Below are positions 1 through 11,559 of a DNA stretch of 64,000 bases, one piece after another (the stretch's first letter is position 1; each line of letters starts with the position of its first letter). The notes under the pieces are model-generated. The model did no database searches, was not told the origin of the DNA, and saw nothing but the letters and a program-made list of their open reading frames with translations. A program made the position numbers and the translations under genes. Origin of the DNA: an uncultured Clostridia bacterium (GTDB lineage Bacteria > Bacillota > Clostridia > TANB77 > CAG-508); assembly GCA_947591045.1 (NCBI GenBank), contig CANQCV010000005.1, positions 7,681 through 71,680 on the forward strand, read 5' to 3'.

Positions 1-2
1 AA

Positions 3-3000
3 GACGGAACAGTAGAATGGAAAGAAGGAATAACAACACAAGATCCAAATCATGTATTTGAAGATGTAGAAGATGATAAAAACTATCATGTAAAAGTAGA
101 AGTAAAAGATACAGCAGGAAATACAACAACAAAAGAAAATAGGACAATAGGAGAAAATGACGATAATTTAAAGTTTACACCAGAGACAAATGGTTGGACA
201 AATAAAGATGTAACAATAGAAGTAGAAAATGAAAATGATAAATATACAGTACAAACAAGTCCAGATGGAGAAAACTGGCAAGATAGCAATGAAGTAACGG
301 CAGAGAAAAACGGAAAAGTATATGGAAGAGTAACAGACGGAGACAATATAGGCCCACAAACAGAATATGAAGTAAAAAATATAGATAAAGAGCCACCAAA
401 AGGAAAAGTAGAAGAAGTAGAACTAACAACAAAAAGTATGAAATTAAAAGCAGAATTAACAGATAACTTAAGTGGAATAGCAGAAGTAGAGTGGCATATT
501 AAAAAGAAAACAGGTGACAGTGAAGAAATAGTAAGTAAACAGACATATCATGAAATAGGAACAGAAGAGGCAGGACCATTAACAGTAGAAGTAGAAGGAA
601 CATTTGAAGATATAGAAGGCGGAGAATATATAGTATATGTAGTGGTAACAGATGTAGCAGGAAACAAGGGGATAATAGGAAAAGAAGGTCCAATAGAGCC
701 ACAAGATAATGAGCAAAATCAAGATAAACCAAAAAATGAAGAAGATATACCAACAGTAAAACTACCAGATGTAGTATCAGCAGATGGAAAATTAACATTA
801 ACTCAAGATACGAAGAAATGGACAAATGACAAGGTAATTGTAACAGCAAGTAAAGTGAATGAAGAAGAAGACCCTGAACTTTCAATTCAAACAAGTGAAG
901 ATGGAAAAGAATGGAATGATAGTGTACAAAGGACATTACAAAAAAATGGAACAGTATATGCAAGGCTATATGATGGAATAAATGGAGGAGAACCAATAAG
1001 CCTAGAAGTAGGAAACATAGACAAGACAAGCCCAACAGGAACAGTTAAATTAATAGACACAACAACAAGGTCAATAGATATAGAGATAACAGCAGAAGAC
1101 GAATTAAGTGGAATAGGAAAAATAAAATGGTACTGCGTAAAAGATGGAGAGACAGAAGGTGAAGAATTAAAAGTACACAGAGACGAAAAAGAATATACAG
1201 CTATAGGAGAAGAAGATAAGGGAGACTTAAGTAAGACAGATACAAACAAATTAGATGAATTAGAATATGGAACATACAAAATATATGGAGTAATAACAGA
1301 TGTAGCAGGAAATAAATCAGTAATAGGCAAAAACGGAGTATTAGAGGGAACAACAGAAGAAGATGCAGAAAAAGGAGAAGTACCAAAAGGCGGAGAAAAC
1401 CCTGGAGGTGGCGGAGAAGGCCCTGGTGGCGGAGGCCAAGGTTCCGGAGAAGGACAAGGTAATGAACAAGGTCCAGGCGGCGGAGGAACCACTGGAGGAG
1501 AAGGATCAGGCAATGAACAAGGTCCAGGCGGTGGCGGAACTACTGGAGGAGAAGAGCCAGGAGGAAAGAACAAAGTAGAAAAAGTACCACTAAAAGAAAT
1601 GCCATCAGCAGAGGGAAGAATACAGTTAACACCAGATAATACAAATTGGACAAATGGAAATGTAACAGTAACAGCAAGTAAGATAGACGGGGTAGAAATA
1701 GACGAGGTATTTAAAATACAAACAAGTACAAACCAAAAAGAATGGAAAAATGAAACAGTTCAGACTTTATCAGAAAATGGACCAGTGTATGCAAGACTAT
1801 GGGACGGTATAAATGGAGGACAAGGAATAAGCTTAACAATACAAAATATAGATAAAAAATTAGCAAAAGGAACGGTATCAGTAGACAGAGTAACAACGAA
1901 ATCAATGGAGATAACAGTAACAGCACAAGATGAAGAAAGTGGAATAGGACAAATAACATGGTATTACCAAAAAGAAGAAGGAGGAGAAGTACAGACTGAA
2001 ACAAATAACTATATAGAAATACAAGGAGACGATGCAGGGGATAAAAATAAAACAGACAAAGAAAGTTTTACCAATTTAAAATATGGAGTATATAAAGTAT
2101 ATGCTGTAGTAACAGATGTAGCAGGAAACAAATCAGTAATAGGTAAAAATGGAATAATAGAAGGAGCGACAGAAGAAGACGCTAAAAATGGAAATGTACC
2201 AAAAGACGGAGAAGGTTCAGGTGGACAAGGTCCTGGCGGGGAAGATGATGACCAAGTAGACCATATTAAGTTAAAAGAAGTACAAGCAGCTGAAGAGGCA
2301 ATACAGTTAACACCAGATAATACAAACTGGACAAATGGAAATGTAAAAGTTACAGCAAGTAAAACAGAAAAAGCAGAAGAAGAATTTACAATACAAACAA
2401 GTGAAGATGCGACCACATGGACTGATGCAACAGAAAGAACAATAAAGGAAGAAAATAAAACAGTATATGCAAGGTTATATGACGGAGTAAATGGTGGAGA
2501 AGAAACAAGTTTAACTGTAAAAAATATAGACAAAACAGATCCAGAAGGAAGAGTAGAAATAACAGATATAACAACAAGGTCAATGAAAATTAATATAACA
2601 AGTACTGATAGTTTAAGTGGAATAGGAAAAGTAACATGGTATTGCAAGGAAAATAATAAGACAAAAATAACAAAAGACATAAAGAATTATAAAGACATAC
2701 AAGGAAATGAAGAAGGAGAAAAAGAGGAACAAGAAACAGAGCTTGTTGATAACCTAAAAAGTGGACTATATGAAGTATATGCTGTAGTAACAGATGTTGC
2801 AGGAAACGAATCTGTAATAGGAGAAGACGGAGTAATAACAGGAAAAGATAAAAATGATGCAGAAGATGGAAACTTGGAAGTAAACCCAACACCATTAGAA
2901 AAATTACCATCAGGAACAGAATCTATAACATTAGATCAAGATGTAAAGCATTGGACAAATGGAGATGTAAATGTAACAGCAGAGAAAAATAGTGATGTAG

Positions 3001-4672
3001 ACAAAAATCTTTTCTTACAAACAAGCACAGATGGGGAGCATTGGGACTTAACTATAAGTGAAGATAGCGAAACTTTTACAGAAAATGGAACAATGTATGC
3101 AAGGCTATATGATGGGTTAAATGTAGGAGAAGAGGCAAGTCTTACAGTAAAAAATATAGACAAAGTAGACCCAACAGGAAATATAACTGTAGAAAATAAA
3201 ACAACAAAATCAATGGATATAAAATGCTGTGGTAATGACGATTCAAGCGGAATATCAAAAATAGAGTGGTATTACGAAAAATCAGATGATAGCCAAAAAC
3301 AAGGAAGTGCACAAGAAAATTATGCTACTTTACAGGGAAATTCACCAGGTGATAAAACAGAAGAGAAAACAGAAAAATTTGATAATTTAGTAAATGGAAC
3401 ATATAAGGTATATGCAATAGTAACAGATGTAGCAGGAAATACAGCAAAAGTATCAGATGCTGGAGTAATAGCAGATTCAGCATCAGGAACTAATGTCCCT
3501 TTACCAACGGTTCCATTAGCAGAAGGTTCGTTGAAATTTGACACTGTAAACTGGGATGTTACTACTCATACAGCAAATGTTAAAGTAAACAAAATAATAG
3601 CAGAAGATTTTAAATTACAATATAGAGTAACAGATGGTAACGGAAGTCAACTACAAGGTTGGCAAGAAATAGCAGATGGTGCACAAGTAAAAAATAGAAA
3701 CCATGGAGAGATTGTACAGGCAAGGTTATGGGACGGAGTAAATGCTGGAGATTCGGCATCATGCAACATAATAGACGGTATAGCTCCAACAATAGAAAAA
3801 GTAGATGTTACAAAAGGAGTCGATAACTTAACAGTAACAGTAACAGCAAGAGATGACCAAAGTGGTCTAGCTACATCAGAAACTTACAAATATTATTTGG
3901 GCGATTCAGAGAAAAAGAAGGATACATCAAATAGCTATAAGTTTACAAGTTTATCACAATATACAAATTACTCGTTAAAAGTAATAGTAAAGGATAAAGC
4001 AGGTAAAGAAACAACACAAATTGTAAATACAAAAACAAAATGTAGTGGTAGAACACAATCGCACACAATGGGACAACAGACATGTTCATCAGGATATACA
4101 AGTGATTGTGGAAATTGTGACGGACGGCACAGTTCATACTTCACACTCATGTGGCGTTTGCGGTGGTAAAGGCTATATAGATAATTCTCATTCATGTGGT
4201 ACATGTGGCGGAGACGGAAGAATTACTTCATCTTCAACTTGTAGTAGATGTCGGTGGCTCAGGAAGACTTTCTACAGATCAATGTTCTTCATGTGGTGGC
4301 TCAGGATATACTTCTAGTGGTAAAAAATGTACTAAGTGTAATGGTACAGGTTCTTCACCAAGTACATATCAATGTGGCTTGTGTGGAGGAGATGGAAAAG
4401 TAAGTAGTTCTAAAAGTTGTGGTTCATGTGGTGGAGATGGATGGATTGATGATTCATACACATGTGGCTCATGCAGTGGTGGAACAGTATATGATTCATA
4501 CACATGTGGTTCATGTAGCGGAAGAGGATATTTTAGCTATCCTTGTACACATGGATATACCAATTCACACACATATTATTCTTGTAACCATAAAGATTAT
4601 TCAACATCTGCAGAAACACATTACTATTGTGAACATTTCCCAGATGCAACAAATGGTCAAGAGCACGAATAA
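3..4672 (+). CDS. Giant surface/secreted protein, 5'-truncated by the window edge: repeated Ig-like modules, Gly-rich linker, C-terminal array of ten CxxCxGxG-like motifs; needs two +1 shifts at CGG (4125-4127, 4252-4254)
   Basis: Frame is open from position 3 (DGTVEWKEGITTQ...) into ORF 438..4169. Recurring modules WTN.NV.VTA, ARLYDG.NGG and Y.VY.VVTDVAGN. Cys repeats continue in ORFs 4045..4317 and 4196..4672, each joined by skipping the C of an in-frame CGG. Confidence 0.8.
1461..1562 (+). repeat. Two imperfect 51-bp tandem units encoding NEQGPGGGGTTGGE in a Gly-rich linker
   Basis: aatgaacaaggtccaggcgg starts at 1461 and 1512. Confidence 0.85.
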
Positions 4673-4682
4673 ACTAAAATTA

Positions 4683-4722
4683 AAAATGGCACATAAGGGA
4701 TAAAAACCTTGTGCCATTTTTC
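4683..4722 (+). terminator. Intrinsic terminator after the giant surface protein gene
   Basis: aaaatggcacataagg...ccttgtgccattttt hairpin with T-tract. Confidence 0.8.
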
Positions 4723-4858
4723 TTATTGTATTTTCTAAAATATATTGAAATTTTCGCCATATTACGATAAAATTATATAAATAATTTGTTTAATTAAAGA
4801 ATAAAACAAATTAGAATATCACATATTGTAAAAAACTTTTTTTAATTTAAGTATTAAA

Positions 4859-4865
4859 TGCGACA
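4859..4865 (-). promoter_or_regulatory. Possible Spo0A box upstream of spoIIE
   Basis: TGCGACA, reverse complement TGTCGCA, 6/7 match to TGTCGAA; spoIIE is a known Spo0A target. Confidence 0.4.
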
Positions 4866-4941
4866 AAAAAGGCTAAATGTATAGGCTATAATAAGTTCTA
4901 ATTAAAAAATACTTAAAAATAAAAAGTTAGAGGTGGTAAGG

Positions 4942-7422
4942 ATGTTTCAAAATATACAAAATAATGATTTAGACAGTCAAAACGAGGATGTTAAATTTCA
5001 AAAAAGAGAAGTTATAAAAAGATTATTTAATAAACAACACATAATCTTATATATTATTTCTTTTATGATTTCTATGGTTGGTTTTAATTCAAATCAAGTA
5101 ATCTTTTCAATAGTTCCATTTGGGCTTAGCTTTATTGCAGCAGCACTTAGTAACATGGAACCAATTGGAATCATATACTTGTTATCATTAATAGGAACTT
5201 TTTTAAAGTTTGGTACAAATAATTTACTAACATACATAGTTACTTCACTTGTGTTTTTTGTTTTTGTACTTATATTTAGACCAAAAATACAAGAATCAGG
5301 AGTAAATGAAATAAGGAAAATAGGTGTACATCTATTTTTTGCTGTACTTCTAGTACAAGTTGTTCCTATGTTTTTTAGGACATTTATTGTATTTGATTTA
5401 TTAGCAAGTATTATGCTTGCTATAGCAACATACATATTTTATAAAATATTTGTAAGCTCAATTGTTATGATAAAACAATTTGGGCAAAAAAAAGCATTTA
5501 CAATAGAAGAAGTTATGGGGACAAGCCTACTTATATCAATTTCAATACTAGCATTTGGAGACTTAAAAATATTTGGTTTTTCTTTGACAAATATATTAAG
5601 CATTTTAATTGTTCTAATATTAGGTTGGAAAAATGGAATTTTAGTAGGAGGAACTGCTGGAATTACCATAGGAGTTGTGCTTGGAATTATTAGTAATAGC
5701 GAAGTAACGATGATTGCTGTTTATGCTTTGTCTGGAATGATTGCAGGACTTTTAAATAGATTTGGTAGAATTGGAGTTATTGTAGGTTTTGTACTTGGAA
5801 ATGTAATTGCTACATATGTAAATAACGGTAATACAGTTCCTATTATAACAATACAAGAAATACTAATTGCAGCACTTGGACTTTTGGCAGTTCCAAAAAA
5901 TATAGAAATCAATATTGAAGATTTATTTGGAAAACAAAAACTATTACCAGAAACTACAGGTAGAAATATAGAATCAAACAAAGACACAATATACAAATTA
6001 AATAGTATTTCAGAAACAATTTACGACATTGCAGAAAGTTACAAAGAGGCAGCAGCAACAATACTTTCAGAAGATGAGCTAAAAGAACAAGAAAAATCAA
6101 ATATAGATATCTTTTTAGAAGAATTAAGACAAAGTTTAAATGGTCTAGAAGAAAATATGTTATATGAAGATATGTATTATCCAGATGACGAGATTTTACA
6201 AGATATATTCAGTCATTTACTTGAAAAAGAAATTATCACAGAAAAAGATTTTGTTGCTATTTTAGAAAAACATAATAACTATATTATAGGTTTTGAAAAC
6301 ACAAACGATAGGGCAAAAGAAGATGTATATAAAATAGTAAAAGCAATCAACTATTCTTATCGTGTAAGTAAACTTAATTTTATTTGGCAAAAGAAAATGG
6401 ACGAAAGCAAAAAAAATGTTTCTAGCCAGTTAAAAGGTGTATCAGAGGCCATTTCCAAAGTTGCCACAGATATAGAGCAAGAAAGCGAAGATAAATTTAT
6501 CAGTCAAAAGCAAGAAATAAAGAAACTACTAGAGCAAAAGGAGATAGCTATTACTGATATAAATATAGAAAAAGCAAAATCAGGTAGGTTTATGGTAGAT
6601 ATTTATACGAATATCTGTGAAAATGTAGATGGTACCCAATGTGAAATTAAAAAAATTGCTAAGATAGTTAGCAAAGTTTTAGAACAAAAAATGCTTATTC
6701 AAAAACAAGAATGTGGGTTGCGATTAGGAAAAGAAAGTTGCAAATTTACATATATATCAGACGACAATTTTCATGTACAAATTGGAATTGCAAAATCTAC
6801 AAAAGCAGGTTCACCTGTGTCTGGAGATAATAGCATTAGCCTTAAGTTAGATGATGGTAAATATTTGCTAGCAATAAGTGACGGAATGGGGTCAGGTCCA
6901 GATGCTATGAAGAGTAGTAAAATTGCAATTAAAATGCTAGAAAGACTACTTCTTGCAGGTTTTGAAAAAGAGACATCTTTAAAACTAATAAATTCAACAT
7001 TAGTTGCAAACACTAAAGAAGATATGTATGCTACATTAGACATACAAATTTTAGATTTGTTTAATGGAAATATGGAATTTATCAAAAACGGAGCATGTCC
7101 TACTTATGTAAAAAGAAATGGAGAAGTACAACTTTTAAAATCATTTTCTTTGCCAACTGGAATTTTAAACAATGTAGATTTAGTTGTATATGATTATGAC
7201 TTACAAGATGGCGATATTTTGGTTATGTGTAGTGATGGAATTATAGATTCAAATAAAGAATATCTAAATAAACAAATGTGGCTTAAATATTTATTAGAAG
7301 ACATGACAACAGATGATGCACAAAAAATAGCAGATATTATTATAGCAGAGGCAATAGATAACGATTTTGGAGCTCAAAAAGACGATATGACTGTTATGGT
7401 CGCAAAGGTAAATAAAAAGTAA
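4942..7422 (+). CDS. spoIIE: Stage II sporulation protein E (membrane PP2C phosphatase)
   Basis: About 10 N-terminal TM segments; C-terminal PP2C motifs AISDGMGSG, MCSDG, DDMTV. ATG 4942 follows RBS GAGGTGG (ORF track starts at GTG 4933). Confidence 0.9.
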   Translation: MFQNIQNNDLDSQNEDVKFQKREVIKRLFNKQHIILYIISFMISMVGFNSNQVIFSIVPFGLSFIAAALSNMEPIGIIYLLSLIGTFLKFGTNNLLTYIVTSLVFFVFVLIFRPKIQESGVNEIRKIGVHLFFAVLLVQVVPMFFRTFIVFDLLASIMLAIATYIFYKIFVSSIVMIKQFGQKKAFTIEEVMGTSLLISISILAFGDLKIFGFSLTNILSILIVLILGWKNGILVGGTAGITIGVVLGIISNSEVTMIAVYALSGMIAGLLNRFGRIGVIVGFVLGNVIATYVNNGNTVPIITIQEILIAALGLLAVPKNIEINIEDLFGKQKLLPETTGRNIESNKDTIYKLNSISETIYDIAESYKEAAATILSEDELKEQEKSNIDIFLEELRQSLNGLEENMLYEDMYYPDDEILQDIFSHLLEKEIITEKDFVAILEKHNNYIIGFENTNDRAKEDVYKIVKAINYSYRVSKLNFIWQKKMDESKKNVSSQLKGVSEAISKVATDIEQESEDKFISQKQEIKKLLEQKEIAITDINIEKAKSGRFMVDIYTNICENVDGTQCEIKKIAKIVSKVLEQKMLIQKQECGLRLGKESCKFTYISDDNFHVQIGIAKSTKAGSPVSGDNSISLKLDDGKYLLAISDGMGSGPDAMKSSKIAIKMLERLLLAGFEKETSLKLINSTLVANTKEDMYATLDIQILDLFNGNMEFIKNGACPTYVKRNGEVQLLKSFSLPTGILNNVDLVVYDYDLQDGDILVMCSDGIIDSNKEYLNKQMWLKYLLEDMTTDDAQKIADIIIAEAIDNDFGAQKDDMTVMVAKVNKK

Positions 7423-7498
7423 TAAAATGTTGTATTTTTATGTGTAAGTATGTTATAGTATAAGTGGAAATATAAGTGATATATATATGGAGGTATAT

Positions 7499-9022
7499 AT
7501 GAATAGAGGTAGAAGATATGAGGGTGAACGAAAGCTAAACATGAAAAAAGTTTTTGCTGTTATTATTGCGTTTATTGTGATTGTTATGTTTATAATCGAA
7601 ATAAAAAAACTAATGACTCCAAACAATGATGAACAAGCAAAAGATGTCCCTTTAAGATATTTTCCTGTTTATACAGATAATAAATGGGGAGTAATTAATT
7701 CAAAGGGAGAAATAATTATCGAACCTACTTATGACGAAACAATTATTATACCAGATAATTCAAAAGCAGTATTTATTTGTACATATGATGTTGATTATGG
7801 TAAATCTACCTATAAAACAAAAGTATTAAATCAGAAAAATGAAGAGATTATTACAGGATACGATAATGTTTATGCACTAGAAAATTATGATAACAATAAT
7901 GTACTTTGGTATGAAAAAGATATATTAAAAGTAAGTAAAGACGGAAAATATGGTTTAGTAGATTTTTCAGGCAAGCAAGTTGCAGAATGTAATTACACAA
8001 AAATAGAGACACTAAAAGGAACCCAAAATAGTTTACTTACAACAAAAGATGGAAAGTTAGGAATTATAGATAATACAGGAACAGTTATATTAGAAAATGA
8101 ATACAAAACTATACGAGCTATTTCAGATAAATACGAAAATGGCTATATTGTACAAGCACAAAACGGAAAATACGGTGTGTCAGGTTGGAATAGAACAGTT
8201 TTGTTAGAAACAAAATATGATGATATAAAGCAGATTTATGGTGACGGAAAGTATTTTGTTGTAAAAGAAAATGGAAAGTGGAAAATTGTAGATACAGTTG
8301 GTGGTAGCTACTTATCAGACAAATTTACAGATGTTAAGTCTATTAATGGTAATATAGCAGTTATTACAAAAGACGGAAAATATGGTTTAGTTTCTATTAC
8401 AGACGAAGAAACTTTGCTTGATACAAAATACCAAGAAATAAAATATGCTACAAACGATAGATATATTGTTAAGTTAAACGATAAATATGGTATTGTAAAT
8501 AGCACTGGAGAAAGTCTAATAGAAAATAAATATAACAATATAGTATATCGTTCGGGAACAAATTTCTATGAGGGAACAAATAGTGACTATACATCAGATT
8601 TAATTGATTCTAACATGAATGTAAAATTGACAGGTATTATCTCTAAAATTGATGTGACAAATGGTTATATGCAAATAAGAGAGGGTGACGAATACAATTA
8701 CTATAACTTCAATTTTGAAAAGAAATCAAGTAAAGAGGTATTAAAGACAAATAATATTTTCTTATCAAAGAAAGATGGAAAATATGGGTTTGTTGATAAA
8801 AACGGAATTGTTGTTGTAGACTATATTTATGATGATGCAACAGAGCAAAATGAATATGGTTATGCAGCTGTAAAAAAAGATGGTTTATGGGGATGTGTAA
8901 ACTGGAAAGGAGAAGTTACAATTATTCCTTCATATAAATTAGAAAACCATCCTGATATACAATTTATTGGAAAATGGCATTTAGGACAAGATTTGAATTT
9001 ATACTACTATACAAATAAATAG
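7499..9022 (+). CDS. WG-repeat membrane-anchored protein
   Basis: N-terminal TM; repeated KDGKYGLVD/KWGVIN-type WG repeats; ATG 7499 after GGAGG. Confidence 0.8.
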   Translation: MNRGRRYEGERKLNMKKVFAVIIAFIVIVMFIIEIKKLMTPNNDEQAKDVPLRYFPVYTDNKWGVINSKGEIIIEPTYDETIIIPDNSKAVFICTYDVDYGKSTYKTKVLNQKNEEIITGYDNVYALENYDNNNVLWYEKDILKVSKDGKYGLVDFSGKQVAECNYTKIETLKGTQNSLLTTKDGKLGIIDNTGTVILENEYKTIRAISDKYENGYIVQAQNGKYGVSGWNRTVLLETKYDDIKQIYGDGKYFVVKENGKWKIVDTVGGSYLSDKFTDVKSINGNIAVITKDGKYGLVSITDEETLLDTKYQEIKYATNDRYIVKLNDKYGIVNSTGESLIENKYNNIVYRSGTNFYEGTNSDYTSDLIDSNMNVKLTGIISKIDVTNGYMQIREGDEYNYYNFNFEKKSSKEVLKTNNIFLSKKDGKYGFVDKNGIVVVDYIYDDATEQNEYGYAAVKKDGLWGCVNWKGEVTIIPSYKLENHPDIQFIGKWHLGQDLNLYYYTNK

Positions 9023-9046
9023 TAAGAATAATATACGGAGGATAAA

Positions 9047-10279
9047 ATGGAATTAAGTACAAAATATCAATATACATATTTTATTTACCCATATGTAATT
9101 GATAGTAAAAGATATCATAGCTACTTACAAAACCTATTAAGAAACAAGAGATATAAATGGATAGTGTTTGAAACAGCAAAAGATATGAATTTGTATCAAT
9201 ATTTTTTACCAGACATAAGGAAAAGTATGTTTTGGTCTTTTGAACTTACTAAAGATGGTATAAAAAGTTTTGAGAAATTAAATGTAGAGTTAAAAGCCAA
9301 TTTATTAGCAGAACATGATTGTAATATATTTGAATATGAACTACCAAAAGATTTACAAGGAAAAATAGGTGAGAAAGGTGGAATATTTTTTGATATAAGT
9401 GATATCAAGCTTGTTTGCTACAAAACTGGAATATGCTTTTTACTATTAAAAACTAATTTGGTAGAAAATAAAAATTTTACAGATGTCCTTAATTTTAATT
9501 ATAAATTTAGAGAAATAACTAGCAAGACATACAAAATGAAAGAATACGAAAACATTAAATTACAATCAGATAATTTTAAAGATGTGCAAGAAATATCTAA
9601 TCTAATTAAGGAAATTATAGGTAATCAAAATGATACAAATAACATAAATGTAGATGACGAAAAAATGCTTGTATATTCATATACTTGTTTAGACCAATCT
9701 TCTTGGAATGATGAAACATCACAAGAAATAATAGATGGCTTATTTGAAAAGTATCGTTTGCTACTTCCTGCATCTGCTCAAATGGCAGATAGTGTAGGAA
9801 AAAAAGAAGATACACAAATTTATGAAAATAATTATATGATATATGGTTTTTCAAATTTTGCACAAGTATTATTAACATCAGATATAAGTACAGTCAACTA
9901 CACTATAACACCACAAAAATTTGAAAATGAATATTTATATACATACATTTTAGAATTATATAAAAAATTATTACTAAAAAAAATAAATCAAGAATTCAAT
10001 AACACACTTTTATTTAAAGATATAGAATCAGGTTTTTTATGCTTTACAAAAAAACTTTGGATACAGGAAGTTACAAATGACGAGTTAGGAACAAGACTAT
10101 GTAAGAAGTGGCATGAAAAATTGGGTATAGAGGAAATATTTTTAAAATTAAAAAGTAAATATGATATTTTATATAAAAGATATAATGTGGAAAAAACAAG
10201 CAAAAAGAATGGAAGATTAGCCATTGCAATAGTAGTTTTAATTATAATAGGTGTTATTAATATAATTTTACAGCTATAA
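9047..10279 (+). CDS. Hypothetical protein with a C-terminal TM helix
   Basis: 410-aa ORF with RBS, in the apparent operon; hydrophobic C-terminus. Confidence 0.7.
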   Translation: MELSTKYQYTYFIYPYVIDSKRYHSYLQNLLRNKRYKWIVFETAKDMNLYQYFLPDIRKSMFWSFELTKDGIKSFEKLNVELKANLLAEHDCNIFEYELPKDLQGKIGEKGGIFFDISDIKLVCYKTGICFLLLKTNLVENKNFTDVLNFNYKFREITSKTYKMKEYENIKLQSDNFKDVQEISNLIKEIIGNQNDTNNINVDDEKMLVYSYTCLDQSSWNDETSQEIIDGLFEKYRLLLPASAQMADSVGKKEDTQIYENNYMIYGFSNFAQVLLTSDISTVNYTITPQKFENEYLYTYILELYKKLLLKKINQEFNNTLLFKDIESGFLCFTKKLWIQEVTNDELGTRLCKKWHEKLGIEEIFLKLKSKYDILYKRYNVEKTSKKNGRLAIAIVVLIIIGVINIILQL

Positions 10280-10290
10280 AGGAGAAAAAA

Positions 10291-10677
10291 ATGAAGATTA
10301 CAACAGGTGTTGATATAATAGAGGTAGAAAGAATAAAAAAAGCTATCTGTGAAATGAAAGATAGCTTTTTAAATCGTATTTATACAGAAGAAGAAGTTAA
10401 ATATTGTGTAAGCTCAAATCAAATGCAGTACCAACACTTTGCAGCAAGATTTGCAGTAAAAGAGGCAGTATTTAAGGCTTTATCTCAATATATAGATACA
10501 AGAGACGATATTTTGTGGAAAGATATAGAGGTTTTTAATGAAAAAGATGGAAAGCCTAAAATTAACATAGAGAAACTAAAAAAACATGGACTAGAGAAAT
10601 TGCAAAGTATTGATATTAGCATATCACATATAAAGGAATATGCAGTAGCAAGCGTAGTAGCAATGTTAGATGATTAA
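10291..10677 (+). CDS. acpS: Holo-[acyl-carrier-protein] synthase
   Basis: GVDIIEVERI, FAARFAVKEAVFKAL, ISISH motifs. Confidence 0.95.
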   Translation: MKITTGVDIIEVERIKKAICEMKDSFLNRIYTEEEVKYCVSSNQMQYQHFAARFAVKEAVFKALSQYIDTRDDILWKDIEVFNEKDGKPKINIEKLKKHGLEKLQSIDISISHIKEYAVASVVAMLDD

Positions 10678-10691
10678 AAAGGAGAAATAAA

Positions 10692-11483
10692 TTGGAATTA
10701 TTTGATACACATGCTCATTATAATGATGAAAAATTTGATATAGATAGAGATAATGTAATACAAAACATATATGAATCAGGAGTAACAAAGTTAGTAAATG
10801 CAGGATACAGTTTAGAATCTTCTAAAAAGGCAATAGAAATAGCAAGTGCTTATGATTGGATGTATGTTATTTGTGGAATTTCACCAAATGATATATCAGA
10901 TACAAAAAAGCAAATAGACGCAGATTTATGTAATTTAGAAGAACTAATAAAATTTGAAAATAAAACTAATAAAATTGTAGGAATAGGGGAAATAGGTTTA
11001 GATTATTATTGGCAGAAAGATAACAAACAAATGCAACAATATGCATTCATAAAACAAATAGAACTTGCAAACAGTTTGAATCTTCCAATTGTGATACACA
11101 CAAGAGAAGCAGTATCAGATACAATTAAGATTTTAAAAGAAGAAGAAGTTTTAAAAAAAGGAATTTTTCATTGTTGCCCATTAAATAAGGAACTAATAAA
11201 GGATGCTGTAAAACTAGGGTTTTACATTTCATTTGCAGGACCAGTTACATTTAAAAATGCAAAAGGTGCAAATGATGCAGTAGATGCTGTGCCACTTGAT
11301 AGAATTCTAATAGAAACAGATAGCCCATATTTATCACCAGAACCATATAGAGGAAAAAGAAATGACTCTACAAATGTACATCTTGTTGCAGAAAAAATAG
11401 CAGAAATAAAGGGTATAACAAAAGAAGAAATAGCAGATATAACTTATAAAAATGCAATGAGAATATTTGAAATAGAAAATTAA
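10692..11483 (+). CDS. tatD: TatD family deoxyribonuclease
   Basis: DTHAH, GEIGLDY, IHTREA, ETDSPYL motifs; TTG start. Confidence 0.93.
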   Translation: MELFDTHAHYNDEKFDIDRDNVIQNIYESGVTKLVNAGYSLESSKKAIEIASAYDWMYVICGISPNDISDTKKQIDADLCNLEELIKFENKTNKIVGIGEIGLDYYWQKDNKQMQQYAFIKQIELANSLNLPIVIHTREAVSDTIKILKEEEVLKKGIFHCCPLNKELIKDAVKLGFYISFAGPVTFKNAKGANDAVDAVPLDRILIETDSPYLSPEPYRGKRNDSTNVHLVAEKIAEIKGITKEEIADITYKNAMRIFEIEN

Positions 11484-11490
11484 TTATTAT

Positions 11491-11530
11491 AAAACACAAT
11501 ATAATAAATTTTTTATTATATTGTGTTTTT
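11491..11530. terminator. Bidirectional terminator between convergent tatD and ABC operon
   Basis: aaaacacaatataataaa-tt-ttttattatattgtgttttt inverted repeat. Confidence 0.75.
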
Positions 11531-11559
11531 GTGTATAGGAAAAGGTTAATTTAATTTTC

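Noticed and set aside
4045-4703. ORFs 4045..4317, 4196..4672 and 4419..4703 as separate small genes, or a diversity-generating retroelement target
   Set aside because: The first two are frameshifted continuations of the giant gene and the third is an off-frame shadow; no reverse transcriptase or template repeat is visible
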